59,369 nt of DNA from NCBI GenBank assembly GCA_011525945.1, contig WYBJ01000045.1, forward strand, positions 1 through 59,369. The letters are read 5' to 3'. The stretch comes from Burkholderiaceae bacterium (GTDB lineage Bacteria; Pseudomonadota; Gammaproteobacteria; Burkholderiales; WYBJ01). Both the position numbers and the translations under genes were made by a program. The notes beneath the pieces were generated by a model, which did not search any database, was not told the origin of the DNA, and saw only the letters and a list, made by a program, of their open reading frames with translations. Positions 39,736 to 49,874 of the stretch are shown piece after piece (position 1 is the stretch's first letter; each line of letters starts with the position of its first letter).

Positions 39736-41090
39736 TTGCGCACCTCTTCCAGCGTCATCGGGAAACACTCGCATGCGTCGGCAAGCGGCATCAGGTGATA
39801 GACGGCGAAGCGATACGCCGGTCCGAGCGGCACGCCGAACGGCGAGAACGGATACGCCATGTTGCCCGCAGTGTTGCGAATGCCCGGATAGCTCGCGTGC
39901 TGGAGCGTGCCGCGCACGAACATCGCCACCGCGGTAGCGAGTTCCTGCTCCGGCGCCACGGCATCGATCAACACGCCGACTTCGTGCGGATTGGCTTCGC
40001 TCAGGGGTTCGAGCGCGCCCATCACGGCATTCTTTCCGTAGACGCTGAAGTTGAGCTCGACGCCTTTCGCGCTCATGCCGAAACGCACCTCGGCGCGTTC
40101 GCGCACGTCGGCGAACAGAAGATCGAGCGCTTTGATCATGAACGGATCGCGGATACCGACCAGCACGACGCTGCGATAACCGAGCTTTTCCGCGCCTTCG
40201 AGCTTGACGCGATAGCGCTCATCGGCGATGAAGCGGCTGCCGGAAACCCGGACGCGCCGCGCGTCGATCTGGGTGAACACGCTGTTGGTCAGGTCGTTCA
40301 TACCGCCGGGACCTGGCTGCAGGCACGGGTCGCTGCGCTCGTACAGCGAATGCCCAGCCACCGACACCGTCGTGCAACGATGATCCGGATGACACGGCTC
40401 GACTTCGAAGTGATCGCGCCGCACGCGCCCGATCAACGGCTCCGCGAGATCGGTGGGCACGGCCGAGAGTCCGGCGCATTCGAGGATCTTGCCGCAATGT
40501 AGCGACAGCCCCGCATCGAAGCCCTTGAGCATCGGCAGCGCTGCGAAGATCGCGTCGTCGCAGGCGCGCCCGGCGATGATCACCTGCGCGCCCGCGTCGA
40601 GTGCTTTCATGAACGGCTCGACACCCATCTGGGCGACGATCGGACCGCAGCGGTCGATCGTCTGAGGCGTGAGCGGCTCGGGGCCGAGACTTTCGAACGG
40701 GGTCTGCGCGAGCCGGCGCTTCAGATCGGCCTTGTCGAGCTCGGCGCTGATGACGGCCATTCGAAACGACACCCCGTCCTCGCGCGCGAGCTCGCGCACG
40801 ATCTCGACCGCCTGCGCGAGCGAGACGTTCGCGCCGCTCGTGAGCGCCGAGCCGACCAGCAGCGGGATACGCTGCGCGCGCGCAGCCCGCAGCATGGTTG
40901 CGAGGTCGTGCTTGTAAGTTGCAAGCGGCAGGAATGTGGCGCCAGTGCCGTGGTAGTACGGCCCCATGTCGGTGGAGCCGGCATCCTGGCCGATGAAATG
41001 CGGTCTCGCGGCCATGCCGTGCTTGAATGCGTCGAGATTGTAGCCGCTTCCCATCGACCCCGAAGGCGCAAGCCCGACGACCTCGTCCAT
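39732..41090 (-). CDS. AtuA-like (DUF1446) protein
   Basis: DAGSTD.GPYY, VAQMG.EP, AGRA.D, GKILECAG, H.LYE and KLEGA motifs. TGATG overlap with the upstream gene. Confidence 0.85.
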   Translation of the reverse strand: MDEVVGLAPSGSMGSGYNLDAFKHGMAARPHFIGQDAGSTDMGPYYHGTGATFLPLATYKHDLATMLRAARAQRIPLLVGSALTSGANVSLAQAVEIVRELAREDGVSFRMAVISAELDKADLKRRLAQTPFESLGPEPLTPQTIDRCGPIVAQMGVEPFMKALDAGAQVIIAGRACDDAIFAALPMLKGFDAGLSLHCGKILECAGLSAVPTDLAEPLIGRVRRDHFEVEPCHPDHRCTTVSVAGHSLYERSDPCLQPGPGGMNDLTNSVFTQIDARRVRVSGSRFIADERYRVKLEGAEKLGYRSVVLVGIRDPFMIKALDLLFADVRERAEVRFGMSAKGVELNFSVYGKNAVMGALEPLSEANPHEVGVLIDAVAPEQELATAVAMFVRGTLQHASYPGIRNTAGNMAYPFSPFGVPLGPAYRFAVYHLMPLADACECFPMTLEEVRN

Positions 41091-41851
41091 CAGCGCTCCC
41101 GCCAAACATCGGGCGTCGACGAGCCGGGATGGCCGTAGTCGCGCGGCTCCAGCCCCGAGTGGAACCAGCGTACGAACGTGGTCACGTCATAGATCGGGAT
41201 GCCGAGACGATGATTGAGCGCGCGCGCGTAAGGTCCCATGTTGTGCGTCTCGCAAACGATCGCGCCGACCTCCGGGTGCCGCCTGAGCAGATCGTCGCCC
41301 GCATCGAGTACGTCCTGCTCCGCCTTGGCGTAATCCATTTCCATTTCGTCGCCGAGCAGCACGCGCGTGAACTCGCGGCCGTTCTCCGTGCCCGCAACGG
41401 GCGTGTCGAGCGGCGCACCGACCGCTCGCCAGTGTTCGTCGGTGATGCGGTTGCCGTGCACCGACAGCACACCGACGCGCTTTCCCGGCGGCAACAGCCG
41501 TTGCACCAGCGGAATCTGCATGAGCGAAGAGCTCGCCACCGGCACTTTCACGTGCGCCGCGAGCTGCTCCTGGAAGATCGCGAGAAAGCCGCCCGTGGTG
41601 GTGATGCCGTCGGCGCCTTCCTTCACCAGGTCGGCGGCGGCGTCAAGAAACGCCTGCCCCAGGCCCTTGCCTTGCTCGTGGATGACCACCTTTGCGCTCG
41701 CGCCTTTCACCACCTTGTACAGCACCGGGAACGGCCACGTCGCCGCGTGGCCGGTGTCGCCGGGAACGCGCGGCCACTTGGTGTCGAGCATGAGGATGCC
41801 GATGCGCGCCCCATACACTGTCTTACCGCCTGTTGCTCTCCTCGATGTCAT
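41090..41851 (-). CDS. Asp/Glu/hydantoin racemase superfamily-like protein with non-canonical catalytic site
   Basis: IGILMLDT..PR.PGD.G...TWPFPV and SSL.Q.P motifs. The expected CGF and ECTN motifs read GGF and ETHN. Confidence 0.8.
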   Translation of the reverse strand: MTSRRATGGKTVYGARIGILMLDTKWPRVPGDTGHAATWPFPVLYKVVKGASAKVVIHEQGKGLGQAFLDAAADLVKEGADGITTTGGFLAIFQEQLAAHVKVPVASSSLMQIPLVQRLLPPGKRVGVLSVHGNRITDEHWRAVGAPLDTPVAGTENGREFTRVLLGDEMEMDYAKAEQDVLDAGDDLLRRHPEVGAIVCETHNMGPYARALNHRLGIPIYDVTTFVRWFHSGLEPRDYGHPGSSTPDVWRER

Positions 41852-41978
41852 AGCGCACTCCTTGAATTCCGGCCGGCACGGGCGAGCCCGCCTGCGCGCA
41901 CTCGCGCCGCACGCGAGCTCACGATCAGCGAGCTACCGGCAAACGACTCGCGACGGCGACGATCGAGCAATCGCCTCG

Positions 41979-42977
41979 TCACTTCTCGATCTTGATGCCG
42001 GCCGTCTTCACCACTTTCGCCCAGCGCTCGGTGTCGCGCCGGATCATCGCCCCGAATTCTTTCGGCCCCCCCGCGACGACCTCCGCGCTTTGAGCGGCCA
42101 GCCGCTCCTGCACGTCCTTGGACGCGAGCGCTTTCGCGAATTCGCTGTTGAGCTTGGCGATGACCGCGGGCGGTGTGCCCTTCGGCGCCATCGCGCCGAT
42201 CCACAGCGGCGCGTCCATCCCGCTCACTCCCAGCTCTTCGAAGGTCGGTGCATCCGGCAGCGCAGGCGAGCGCTTGCTCGACGCCACGCCAATGGGCCGA
42301 ACGCGGTGGCTGTCGAGCAGCGGCCTGGCGGACGAGGCGGTGGTGAAAATGAGCGGCACCGCACCCGAGGCGACATCGACCATCGCGGCGCCCGCGCCCT
42401 TGTAAGGCACTCCCAGCAAGCTGATGCCCGCGCTCTGGCGGAAGAGTTCCATCATGAGATGCGACACGCCGCCCACGCCGGACAGTGCAATGCCGATCTT
42501 GCCCGGACTCGCCTTCGCGCGCTCGATCAGATCCTTCACCGTCTTCGCCGGGAAGCCGGTGTTCACGAACAGGAACATCGGCGTGTTGACGAAGTGCGTG
42601 ACCGGCACGAGATCGCGTCTCGGGTCGTACGGCATCTTCGAGTACAGCGCCGGAGCGATCGAGATCTGACCGTTGCTCGCGAGCAGCAAGGTGTAGCCGT
42701 CGGGACTCGCATTGGCGACGATCTCCCCGGCGATCATCCCGCCCGCACCGCCGCGGTTGTCGATCACAAGCTGTTTGCCGGTCTGCTGCGAGAACTTTTC
42801 GGCGACCGCGCGCCCGGGCAGATCGAGCCCGCCGCCGGGCGGATACGGAATCAACATACGCACCGGGCGGGCCGGAAAATCGCTCGGCCCCGCCGCCGCC
42901 CCGGCAAGCGTCCATATCGCGGCGCCCGCAACAGCGATGCCGAGCGCGATCAATCGTCTTGCGAGGCTCATGGTCAT
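41979..42977 (-). CDS. Bug/TctC substrate-binding protein
   Basis: Signal peptide, FPARPVR, PYPPGGGLD, DNRGGAGG, DGYTL and VPYKG motifs. Confidence 0.93.
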   Translation of the reverse strand: MTMSLARRLIALGIAVAGAAIWTLAGAAAGPSDFPARPVRMLIPYPPGGGLDLPGRAVAEKFSQQTGKQLVIDNRGGAGGMIAGEIVANASPDGYTLLLASNGQISIAPALYSKMPYDPRRDLVPVTHFVNTPMFLFVNTGFPAKTVKDLIERAKASPGKIGIALSGVGGVSHLMMELFRQSAGISLLGVPYKGAGAAMVDVASGAVPLIFTTASSARPLLDSHRVRPIGVASSKRSPALPDAPTFEELGVSGMDAPLWIGAMAPKGTPPAVIAKLNSEFAKALASKDVQERLAAQSAEVVAGGPKEFGAMIRRDTERWAKVVKTAGIKIEK

Positions 42978-43027
42978 TCCTCCAGACCGTATCCAGGTCC
43001 CTCAAGCCATGCTCGGAGTGATCTCAA

Positions 43028-44167
43028 TCATGGCGTCAAACGCAGCAGCCGCTCCAGGATAGCGCGATACATCTGCGGCAGCATCTCGAGATCCGCCAGC
43101 GGAACGTACTCGTTGACCTTGTGGATGGTGGCGTTGGTCGGTCCGAGCTCGATGACCTGCGGGCAGATCTCGGACAGGAAGCGACCGTCCGAGGTGCCGC
43201 CGGTGGTGGATAGTTGCGGCGCGATGCCGGATACAGCGCCGATCGCTTCGATCACGGCATCGACCAGCGCCCCCGCATCGGTGAGGTAGGGCTTCGCACC
43301 AAGCTCCCAGTCCAGAGCGCAGCGCACGCCGCCACGCGCGAGGATCTCGTCGACGCGGTCGCGCAGGCTCTGCGGCGTGCTCGCGGTCGAGAAGCGGAAA
43401 TTGAACAGTACTTCCGCCTCGCCCGGGATCACGTTGGTTGCGCCGGTGCCGGCCTTGAGGTTCGACACCTGCCACGTGGTCGGCGGGAAGAAGTCGTTGC
43501 CGTTGTCCCAGACCGTTTTCGCCATCTCCGCGATCGCGGGCGATACCACATGCACCGCGTTGAGCGCCTGATCCGGATAGGCGACATGACCCTGCACGCC
43601 ATGAACAGTCAGCTTTGCCGACAGCGAGCCGCGGCGCCCGTTCTTCACCATGTCGCCCGCGCGTTCCACCGAGGTCGGCTCGCCGACGATGCAGTAATGC
43701 GGAATTTCGCCGCGCGCTACCAGCTTTTCGATCACGGCCACGGTGCCGTCGCGCGCCGGGCCTTCTTCGTCCGAGGTGAGCAGGAAGGCGATCGAACCGG
43801 GGTGGTCGGGGTGTGTGCCGACGTAGTCGCGTACGGCGGTCACGAAGGCTGCGAGCGAGCCTTTCATGTCCGCCGCGCCGCGACCGTACAGTTTGCCGTC
43901 CCGGATCGTCGGCGCGAACGGATCGCTGTCCCACTTTTCGCGCGGCCCGGTGGGCACCACGTCGGTGTGACCCGCCAGGCAAACGAGCGGGCCCGAGTCG
44001 CCGCGGCGCGCCCATAGGTTGGTCACACCGTTGCGCGCCACGGTCTCGCAACGAAACCCGAGCGGCACGAGGTGCTCGCGCAGAAGATCCTGACAGCCGC
44101 AATCGTCGGGCGTGACGGACGGGCGTGCGATCAAGGCTTTGGCAAGGTCGAGCGTCGTGATGGACAC
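43028..44167 (-). CDS. dapE: succinyl-diaminopimelate desuccinylase
   Basis: [36 protein letters not shown] and IHKVNE motifs. GTG start inferred. Confidence 0.95.
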   Translation of the reverse strand: MSITTLDLAKALIARPSVTPDDCGCQDLLREHLVPLGFRCETVARNGVTNLWARRGDSGPLVCLAGHTDVVPTGPREKWDSDPFAPTIRDGKLYGRGAADMKGSLAAFVTAVRDYVGTHPDHPGSIAFLLTSDEEGPARDGTVAVIEKLVARGEIPHYCIVGEPTSVERAGDMVKNGRRGSLSAKLTVHGVQGHVAYPDQALNAVHVVSPAIAEMAKTVWDNGNDFFPPTTWQVSNLKAGTGATNVIPGEAEVLFNFRFSTASTPQSLRDRVDEILARGGVRCALDWELGAKPYLTDAGALVDAVIEAIGAVSGIAPQLSTTGGTSDGRFLSEICPQVIELGPTNATIHKVNEYVPLADLEMLPQMYRAILERLLRLTP

Positions 44168-44450
44168 GGATGGCAACGCAGCGTTGAAGAGGCGCGGGCC
44201 AAGTATAACGCGCGCGTACGGCACCTCACCGGGCGCCGATCGAATGCGACGCTGCTACAATCGCTTCATTCCTCGACACGATCTCATCCGGCGCTGGCGG
44301 GACCTCGAGCCCGGAGCCGACCGCTTCGAGAAGGGAAACCACCGTGCCGCTTTTCGATCACTCAGCGCTGGCGAGTGCCGGTATTCGCGTTGCTCGCTTG
44401 TCCAGCCGTCATGCCATTCCCGCGCCCGCCCGCGCGCGTTGGGGGCGTGC

Positions 44451-45467
44451 ATGACGGCGGATCCCGCGGCAGCGGTCGGCATCCTCGTGTCCGAGCGTTT
44501 TCCGGCCGATCTCGCCCGGCGTTGCGAACGCTACGCCGATGGCATCGGCCGCGTGCTCACCTGGATCCACGTTCCCGCCGACCCGCAGGCGCGCGTGCCG
44601 GACGAGCGCCTGCCCGACATCCGCGTCGCGTTCTACACGAGTGACGTGTACGAGACGCGCGCGCGTTCCTTCTTCTCGGCGGTGCGCAAGGCGCCGAACC
44701 TCAACTGGCTGCAGACCTTCAATGTCGGCGTCGATCACCCGATCTTTGCCGAGCTCATCGGCCGCGGCATTCGCGTCACATCGGCCGCCGGCACCTCGGC
44801 CGTGCCGATCGCGCAATCGGCGATCACGGGGCTGCTGATGCTGGCGCGCGGCTTTCCGGCCTGGATCAAGGCGCAGCAAAGCCGCACCTGGCTGCAGTTC
44901 CGGGGCTCGAGCGGACCTGCCGACCTCGCGGGCCAGACGCTGTGCGTGCTCGGCATGGGCAGCATCGGCACCGAGATCGCCCGGCTCGGTCAGGCACTCG
45001 GCCTGACGGTGATCGGAATCCGCAGGAACACACACGCAACGGATGGTCGCATTGCCGAGATGCACGAGCCGCAAGCGCTCGCCGAGCTGCTGCCGCGCTG
45101 TCATTGGCTTGCCATCGCCTGCCCGCTCACCGCCGAGACGCGGCGCCTCATCGATGCGCCCATGCTCGCCCGCCTGCCGCCCGGCGCCCGGGTGATCAAC
45201 GTGGCGCGCGGTGAGGTCGTGGACGAAGCGGCACTCGTTGCGGCGCTCGCCGCCGGCCGCATCGGCGGCGCCTACCTGGACGTGTTCGAAAAGGAACCGC
45301 TGGCGCCGGAATCGCCGCTATGGGACATGCCGAATGTCATCGTCACGCCGCACAACTGCGGCGCATCGAGCGGCAACGACGCGCGCGTGCTCGCCCTGTT
45401 CGGCGCCAATCTCGAACGCTGGCTGAGCGGCCAGCAGCTTGTCAACGAAGTATCCGCTGCATCGTAA
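44451..45467 (+). CDS. D-2-hydroxyacid dehydrogenase family protein
   Basis: GMGSIG, PLT.ET, NVARG, DVF..EP and TPH motifs. Confidence 0.92.
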   Translation: MTADPAAAVGILVSERFPADLARRCERYADGIGRVLTWIHVPADPQARVPDERLPDIRVAFYTSDVYETRARSFFSAVRKAPNLNWLQTFNVGVDHPIFAELIGRGIRVTSAAGTSAVPIAQSAITGLLMLARGFPAWIKAQQSRTWLQFRGSSGPADLAGQTLCVLGMGSIGTEIARLGQALGLTVIGIRRNTHATDGRIAEMHEPQALAELLPRCHWLAIACPLTAETRRLIDAPMLARLPPGARVINVARGEVVDEAALVAALAAGRIGGAYLDVFEKEPLAPESPLWDMPNVIVTPHNCGASSGNDARVLALFGANLERWLSGQQLVNEVSAAS

Positions 45468-45522
45468 GCGCACGCGCGCTTGCTCGTGTCGCTCGATGCG
45501 GTTTCGACTGGAGGAAATTGCA

Positions 45523-46494
45523 ATGGCAAGAACGATGCTGCTGAACATGAGTGCTGCCGCGATCGTGGCGGTCTCGGCGTCACAAGCCTGGTCGCAGAGC
45601 TACCCCACCCGCCCGGTGCGCGTGGTCGTGCCGTACGCGGCCGGCGGCAATACCGATATCGTGACCCGGCTGATCACGCAACACCTGTCCACTGCCTGGG
45701 GTCACCAGATCATCGTCGACAATCGCGCCGGCGGCGCGACCAACATCGGCTCCGAGGCGGTCGCGCGCGCCCAGCCCGACGGCTATACGCTGCTCATGGG
45801 CGGGGCGTCGAACGCGGTCAACATGACGCTGTTCAAGAACCCGCCTTACGACACGATGAAGGATTTCGCCGCGGTCGTGCTCTGCACGATAGGCGCCAAT
45901 GTGCTTTCGGTCCATCCCTCGCTCCCGGTCAAGAACCTGCGCGAGCTGATCGCGTTGGCCAAGGCAAAGCCGGGCCAGCTCAACTATGCGACCTCGGGCG
46001 TGGGCGGCTCCAACCACATGGCCGGGGAGCTTTTCAAACTGATGGCGCACATCGACATCACGCACATTCCCTACAAGGGCAACAACCCGGCGCTTGCCGA
46101 TGCAGTCGGCGGCCACGTCGAGATGGTCATCGCCGGAATCACCTCGCAGATGCCGTTGATGAAGGCCGGCAAGCTGCGCGGCATCGCCGTGAGCAGCAAG
46201 GAGCGCTTTCCGGCGGTGCCCGACCTGCCGACGTTCGACGAATCCGGCGTTCCCGGCTATGAGAGCAGCACGTTCTTCGGCCTGCTCGCGCCGGCGGGCA
46301 CGCCGCCCGAGATCGTGCGCAAGGTCAACGCCGACGTGGCCAAGGTGCTCGCCCGCCCGGACGTGCGCGAGCGGCTGATCAATGGCGGCCAGGTGCCCGG
46401 TGGCGGTTCGAGCGAGCAGTTCACCAAGTTCCTGCGCGACGAGATCGCCAAGTACGCCAAGGTCATCAAGGCTGCCGGGATTCCGCGGCAATAA
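45523..46494 (+). CDS. Bug/TctC substrate-binding protein
   Basis: GGAGG RBS, signal peptide, YPTRPVR, PYAAGGNTD, DGYTL and HIPYKG motifs. Confidence 0.93.
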   Translation: MARTMLLNMSAAAIVAVSASQAWSQSYPTRPVRVVVPYAAGGNTDIVTRLITQHLSTAWGHQIIVDNRAGGATNIGSEAVARAQPDGYTLLMGGASNAVNMTLFKNPPYDTMKDFAAVVLCTIGANVLSVHPSLPVKNLRELIALAKAKPGQLNYATSGVGGSNHMAGELFKLMAHIDITHIPYKGNNPALADAVGGHVEMVIAGITSQMPLMKAGKLRGIAVSSKERFPAVPDLPTFDESGVPGYESSTFFGLLAPAGTPPEIVRKVNADVAKVLARPDVRERLINGGQVPGGGSSEQFTKFLRDEIAKYAKVIKAAGIPRQ

Positions 46495-46529
46495 TCGCCG
46501 TATCCGCTCATTGCCGTCCTGGAGCCGCG

Positions 46530-47711
46530 GTGCTGTTCGACGACGTCGATTTCTCCGCCCTCACGCTACCCGCCGAGGCGCAGGCGCTGCGCCGCGAGGT
46601 ACGCACGTTTCTCGCCGCGGAACTCGCATCCGGACGCATCGTGCCGCATCTCGGACACGCGCAGTTCGATCGCGAATTCTCCCGGCGCGTGGGCGCGCGC
46701 GGCTGGATCGGCATGACCTGGCCTAGGCAGTTCGGCGGAGCGGAACGCAGTTATCTCGAACGTTTCGTGGTCACCGAGGAGATGCTGGCGGTGTCGGCGC
46801 CGTGCGCGGCGCACTGGTTCGGCGACCGGCAGACGGGTCCGTCGCTGCTGCGTCACGGCAGCGAGGCGCAGAAGCGCCGCTTTCTCCCTGCCATCGCGCG
46901 CGGCGAGAGCCCGTTCGCGCTCGGCATGAGCGAGCCTGGCAACGGCTCGGACCTCGCCTCGGTGCGCACGCGCGCGGTGAAAGTGGACGGTGGCTGGCGC
47001 GTGAGCGGGCAGAAGGTGTGGACGAGCTGGGCGCATCTTGCCGAGCACTTCTTCTGCCTGTGCCGCACCTCGCCCGAGGAGGGCGATCGTCACTTGGGAC
47101 TCTCGCAGCTCATCGTCGATCTGCACGCCACCGGGGTGACGGTGCGTCCGATCCGCTTCATGAGCGGCGCGCACCACTTCAACGAAGTCTTCCTCGACGA
47201 GGTGTTCGTGCCCGATGACATGGTGCTGGGCGAAGTGGGTGCGGGTTGGCGCCAGGTGACGAGCGAGCTTGCGCTCGAACGCAGCGGACCCGAGCGCTTC
47301 ATGACGACTTTCCCGCTGCTGATCGAGCTGGTACGACGGCTCGGAGGAACCGCGGATCGGCGCGCGCGCCAGGTCGTCGGTCAGCTCACCGCGCGTTTCC
47401 ATGCTTTGCGGCGCATGTCGCTCGCGATCGCGTTCGAGTTCACCCGCGGCGCGAGCCAGCGAACGATGCGCGACCTCGGCACCGAGGCCTCGCTGGTGAA
47501 GGATCTGGGAACGTTCTACGAGCGCGACATCACCGAGGCGGCGCGCTTGCTGGTCGACATCGAGCCGCGTCCGGACGCCGAGGACACGTTCGAGCGCTAT
47601 CTCGCCGAATGCATCTACACCACGCCGGTCGGAACGATCCGCGGCGGTACGACCCAGGTGCTGCGCACCATCATCGCGCGCAAGCTGCTGGGTGCTGCGG
47701 GTTCGGCATGA
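46530..47711 (+). CDS. acyl-CoA dehydrogenase (catalytic-type subunit)
   Basis: GMSEP..GSDLAS, GQKVWTS, FNEVF.D, LALER and TIRGGT motifs. Confidence 0.92.
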   Translation: MLFDDVDFSALTLPAEAQALRREVRTFLAAELASGRIVPHLGHAQFDREFSRRVGARGWIGMTWPRQFGGAERSYLERFVVTEEMLAVSAPCAAHWFGDRQTGPSLLRHGSEAQKRRFLPAIARGESPFALGMSEPGNGSDLASVRTRAVKVDGGWRVSGQKVWTSWAHLAEHFFCLCRTSPEEGDRHLGLSQLIVDLHATGVTVRPIRFMSGAHHFNEVFLDEVFVPDDMVLGEVGAGWRQVTSELALERSGPERFMTTFPLLIELVRRLGGTADRRARQVVGQLTARFHALRRMSLAIAFEFTRGASQRTMRDLGTEASLVKDLGTFYERDITEAARLLVDIEPRPDAEDTFERYLAECIYTTPVGTIRGGTTQVLRTIIARKLLGAAGSA

Positions 47712-48787
47712 GCGAGGACGACGATATCCGCTCGCTGCTGGTCGATACGGCGCAGCGGATCTTCCGCGATCACTGCTCGCAGCGTACCGTCGAGGCTGCG
47801 AAGCGCGACGGCTGGTCGCCCGAGCTGTGGGAGATCGTACAGCAGGCGCAACTGCCGCTCGTCTCGATTCCCGAGGAAAAGTGCGGCGCCGGCGGCAGTG
47901 TGTCCGACTTGGCCGCGGTGCTGCGCGTTGCCGGCCGCCACAGCGCGCCGCTGCCGCTGGCGGAGACGGGACTGCTGGCCGCTTGGATGCTCGCCGCATC
48001 GGGATTGAATGTGCCGCCGGGACCGCTCGCTGCGGCATTCCAGCGCACCGAGGGCGAACTGCGGCTCGAACCGGTCGCGGATTCCTGGCGCCTCTCGGGT
48101 GAGCTCAAGCGCGTGCCCTGGGCATCGATCGCGAGCCGCCTCGTCGTGCTCGTGCGCGGCGGCGACTGTGACCGGGTCGCAACGGTGGATCCCGGCCGCT
48201 GCACCATAGCGCGAGGCGTCAATCTCGCCTGGGAGCCGCGCGACGACGTGCGCTTCGAGCGCATTGCGCTGCGCGCCGACGAGGTCGTGCATGCAGGCCG
48301 CGGCGTGACGATCGAAGCCTTCTACCGGCGCGGCGCGCTCGCGCGCGCACTGCTCATGGCCGGCGCCCTGGATCGCGCGCTCGAGCGCTCGATCGAGCAT
48401 GCGCGCACGCGCGTGCAGTTCGGGCGCGCGATCGGCCGCTTCCAGGCGATCCAGCAGGAGATCGCACGCTTCGGCGCGGAGGTCGCAGCGGCGGCCGCGG
48501 CGGCGCTATCGGCAGCGGGCGAGGTCGAGCGCGGCGATGGCGAACTCGCGGTCGCTTGCGCGAAGATACGCGTCGGCGAGGCGGCCGCGACGGGCAGCGC
48601 GATTGCGCACCAGATCCATGCCGCCATCGGCGTCACCGAGGAATTCGCATTGCATCACAGCACGCTGCGCCTGCAAGCGTGGCGCTCCGAGTACGGTTCC
48701 GAAACGTACTGGGGCGAGCGCCTTGGACAGCGCATTCTGGACGCGGGCGCCGAGCGCCTGTGGCCCTTGTTGACCGACAGCGCATAA
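47708..48787 (+). CDS. acyl-CoA dehydrogenase (partner, degenerate-type subunit)
   Basis: R.QFGR.IG.FQAIQ and HQIH.AIG.T.E motifs. ATGA overlap with the upstream ACAD. Confidence 0.88.
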   Translation: MSEDDDIRSLLVDTAQRIFRDHCSQRTVEAAKRDGWSPELWEIVQQAQLPLVSIPEEKCGAGGSVSDLAAVLRVAGRHSAPLPLAETGLLAAWMLAASGLNVPPGPLAAAFQRTEGELRLEPVADSWRLSGELKRVPWASIASRLVVLVRGGDCDRVATVDPGRCTIARGVNLAWEPRDDVRFERIALRADEVVHAGRGVTIEAFYRRGALARALLMAGALDRALERSIEHARTRVQFGRAIGRFQAIQQEIARFGAEVAAAAAAALSAAGEVERGDGELAVACAKIRVGEAAATGSAIAHQIHAAIGVTEEFALHHSTLRLQAWRSEYGSETYWGERLGQRILDAGAERLWPLLTDSA

Positions 48788-48818
48788 GCGCCGCCACTGC
48801 GAGAAGGAAGCCGAAGTC

Positions 48819-49823
48819 ATGTCGTGCGATTCACGTCCAACCGCTCGCCGCCGTTGGGTCGGCGCTCTGCTCGCCGCGTCCCTGGCAACGCTGGCCGCTC
48901 CGCTCGCCGCACAAGGCTGGCAACCGACCAAGCCGGTCGAAATCGTCGTTCCATCGGCACCGGGCGGCAGCAACGACAAGACCGCGCGCACGGTGGAGCG
49001 CATCCTGAACGAGAAGCGCCTCGTTCCCACGCCGATCACGATCGTCAACAAGCCGGGCGGCGGTAACGCGCTCGCGATGAACTACCTGGTACAGCATGCC
49101 GGCGACGGTCATTTCCTCATGATCGGCACGCCGACCATCCTCACCAATCACATCGTCGGCCGCAGTAAGCTCACCTACACCGACTTCACACCGATCGCTT
49201 CGCTCTTGAACGACTACATCGCGTTCGGCGTCAACGCCGAGTCTTCGATCAAGTCGGGTACGGAGCTCGTCGAGCGCCTGAGGAAAGATCCCAAGGCCGT
49301 GAGCGTCGGCTTCGCCACGGCGCTCGGCAGCCACAATCACATCGCCGCCGGCCTGCTGATGAAAGCGATCGGCGCGGACGTGCGCAGCATGCGGGCGATC
49401 GCGTTCAAGGGATCGGCCGAGGCCATCACGGCGGTGCTGGGCGGTCACGTCGACCTCGTCACCACCGCTTCGGGCAACGCCGCCACCCATGTCGCCAACG
49501 GCAAGATGCGCGTGCTGGCGATCTGCGCCGAGCAGCGCATGCCGGGCGTGCTGGCCGAGGTGCCGACCTGGAAGGAGCTTGGTGTGCCGCTCGTGTTCGG
49601 CGGCTGGCGCAGCATCATGGGACCTAAGGCCATGCCGGCGGAGCAAGTCGCCTTCTGGGAGAATGCGCTGAAGCAAGTCGTCGCGGCGCCCGAATTCAAG
49701 AAAGACCTGGAGCGCAACTTCTGGTCCGCTGATTTCGCCACCGGTCAACGCATGCGCGATGACCTCAGGAACGAATACGAGGCGATGAAGGCCGTCCTGG
49801 TCGAGCTCGGGCTGGCCAAGTAA
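48819..49823 (+). CDS. Bug/TctC substrate-binding protein
   Basis: W.PTKPVE, PSAPGGSND, NKPGGG and FKG..A.TAVLGGHVD motifs. Confidence 0.92.
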   Translation: MSCDSRPTARRRWVGALLAASLATLAAPLAAQGWQPTKPVEIVVPSAPGGSNDKTARTVERILNEKRLVPTPITIVNKPGGGNALAMNYLVQHAGDGHFLMIGTPTILTNHIVGRSKLTYTDFTPIASLLNDYIAFGVNAESSIKSGTELVERLRKDPKAVSVGFATALGSHNHIAAGLLMKAIGADVRSMRAIAFKGSAEAITAVLGGHVDLVTTASGNAATHVANGKMRVLAICAEQRMPGVLAEVPTWKELGVPLVFGGWRSIMGPKAMPAEQVAFWENALKQVVAAPEFKKDLERNFWSADFATGQRMRDDLRNEYEAMKAVLVELGLAK

Positions 49824-49874
49824 GCGCACCGCGCGGCGCGCGCGGGCGAATCCTCGCGCCGCACCGATCGCGCG

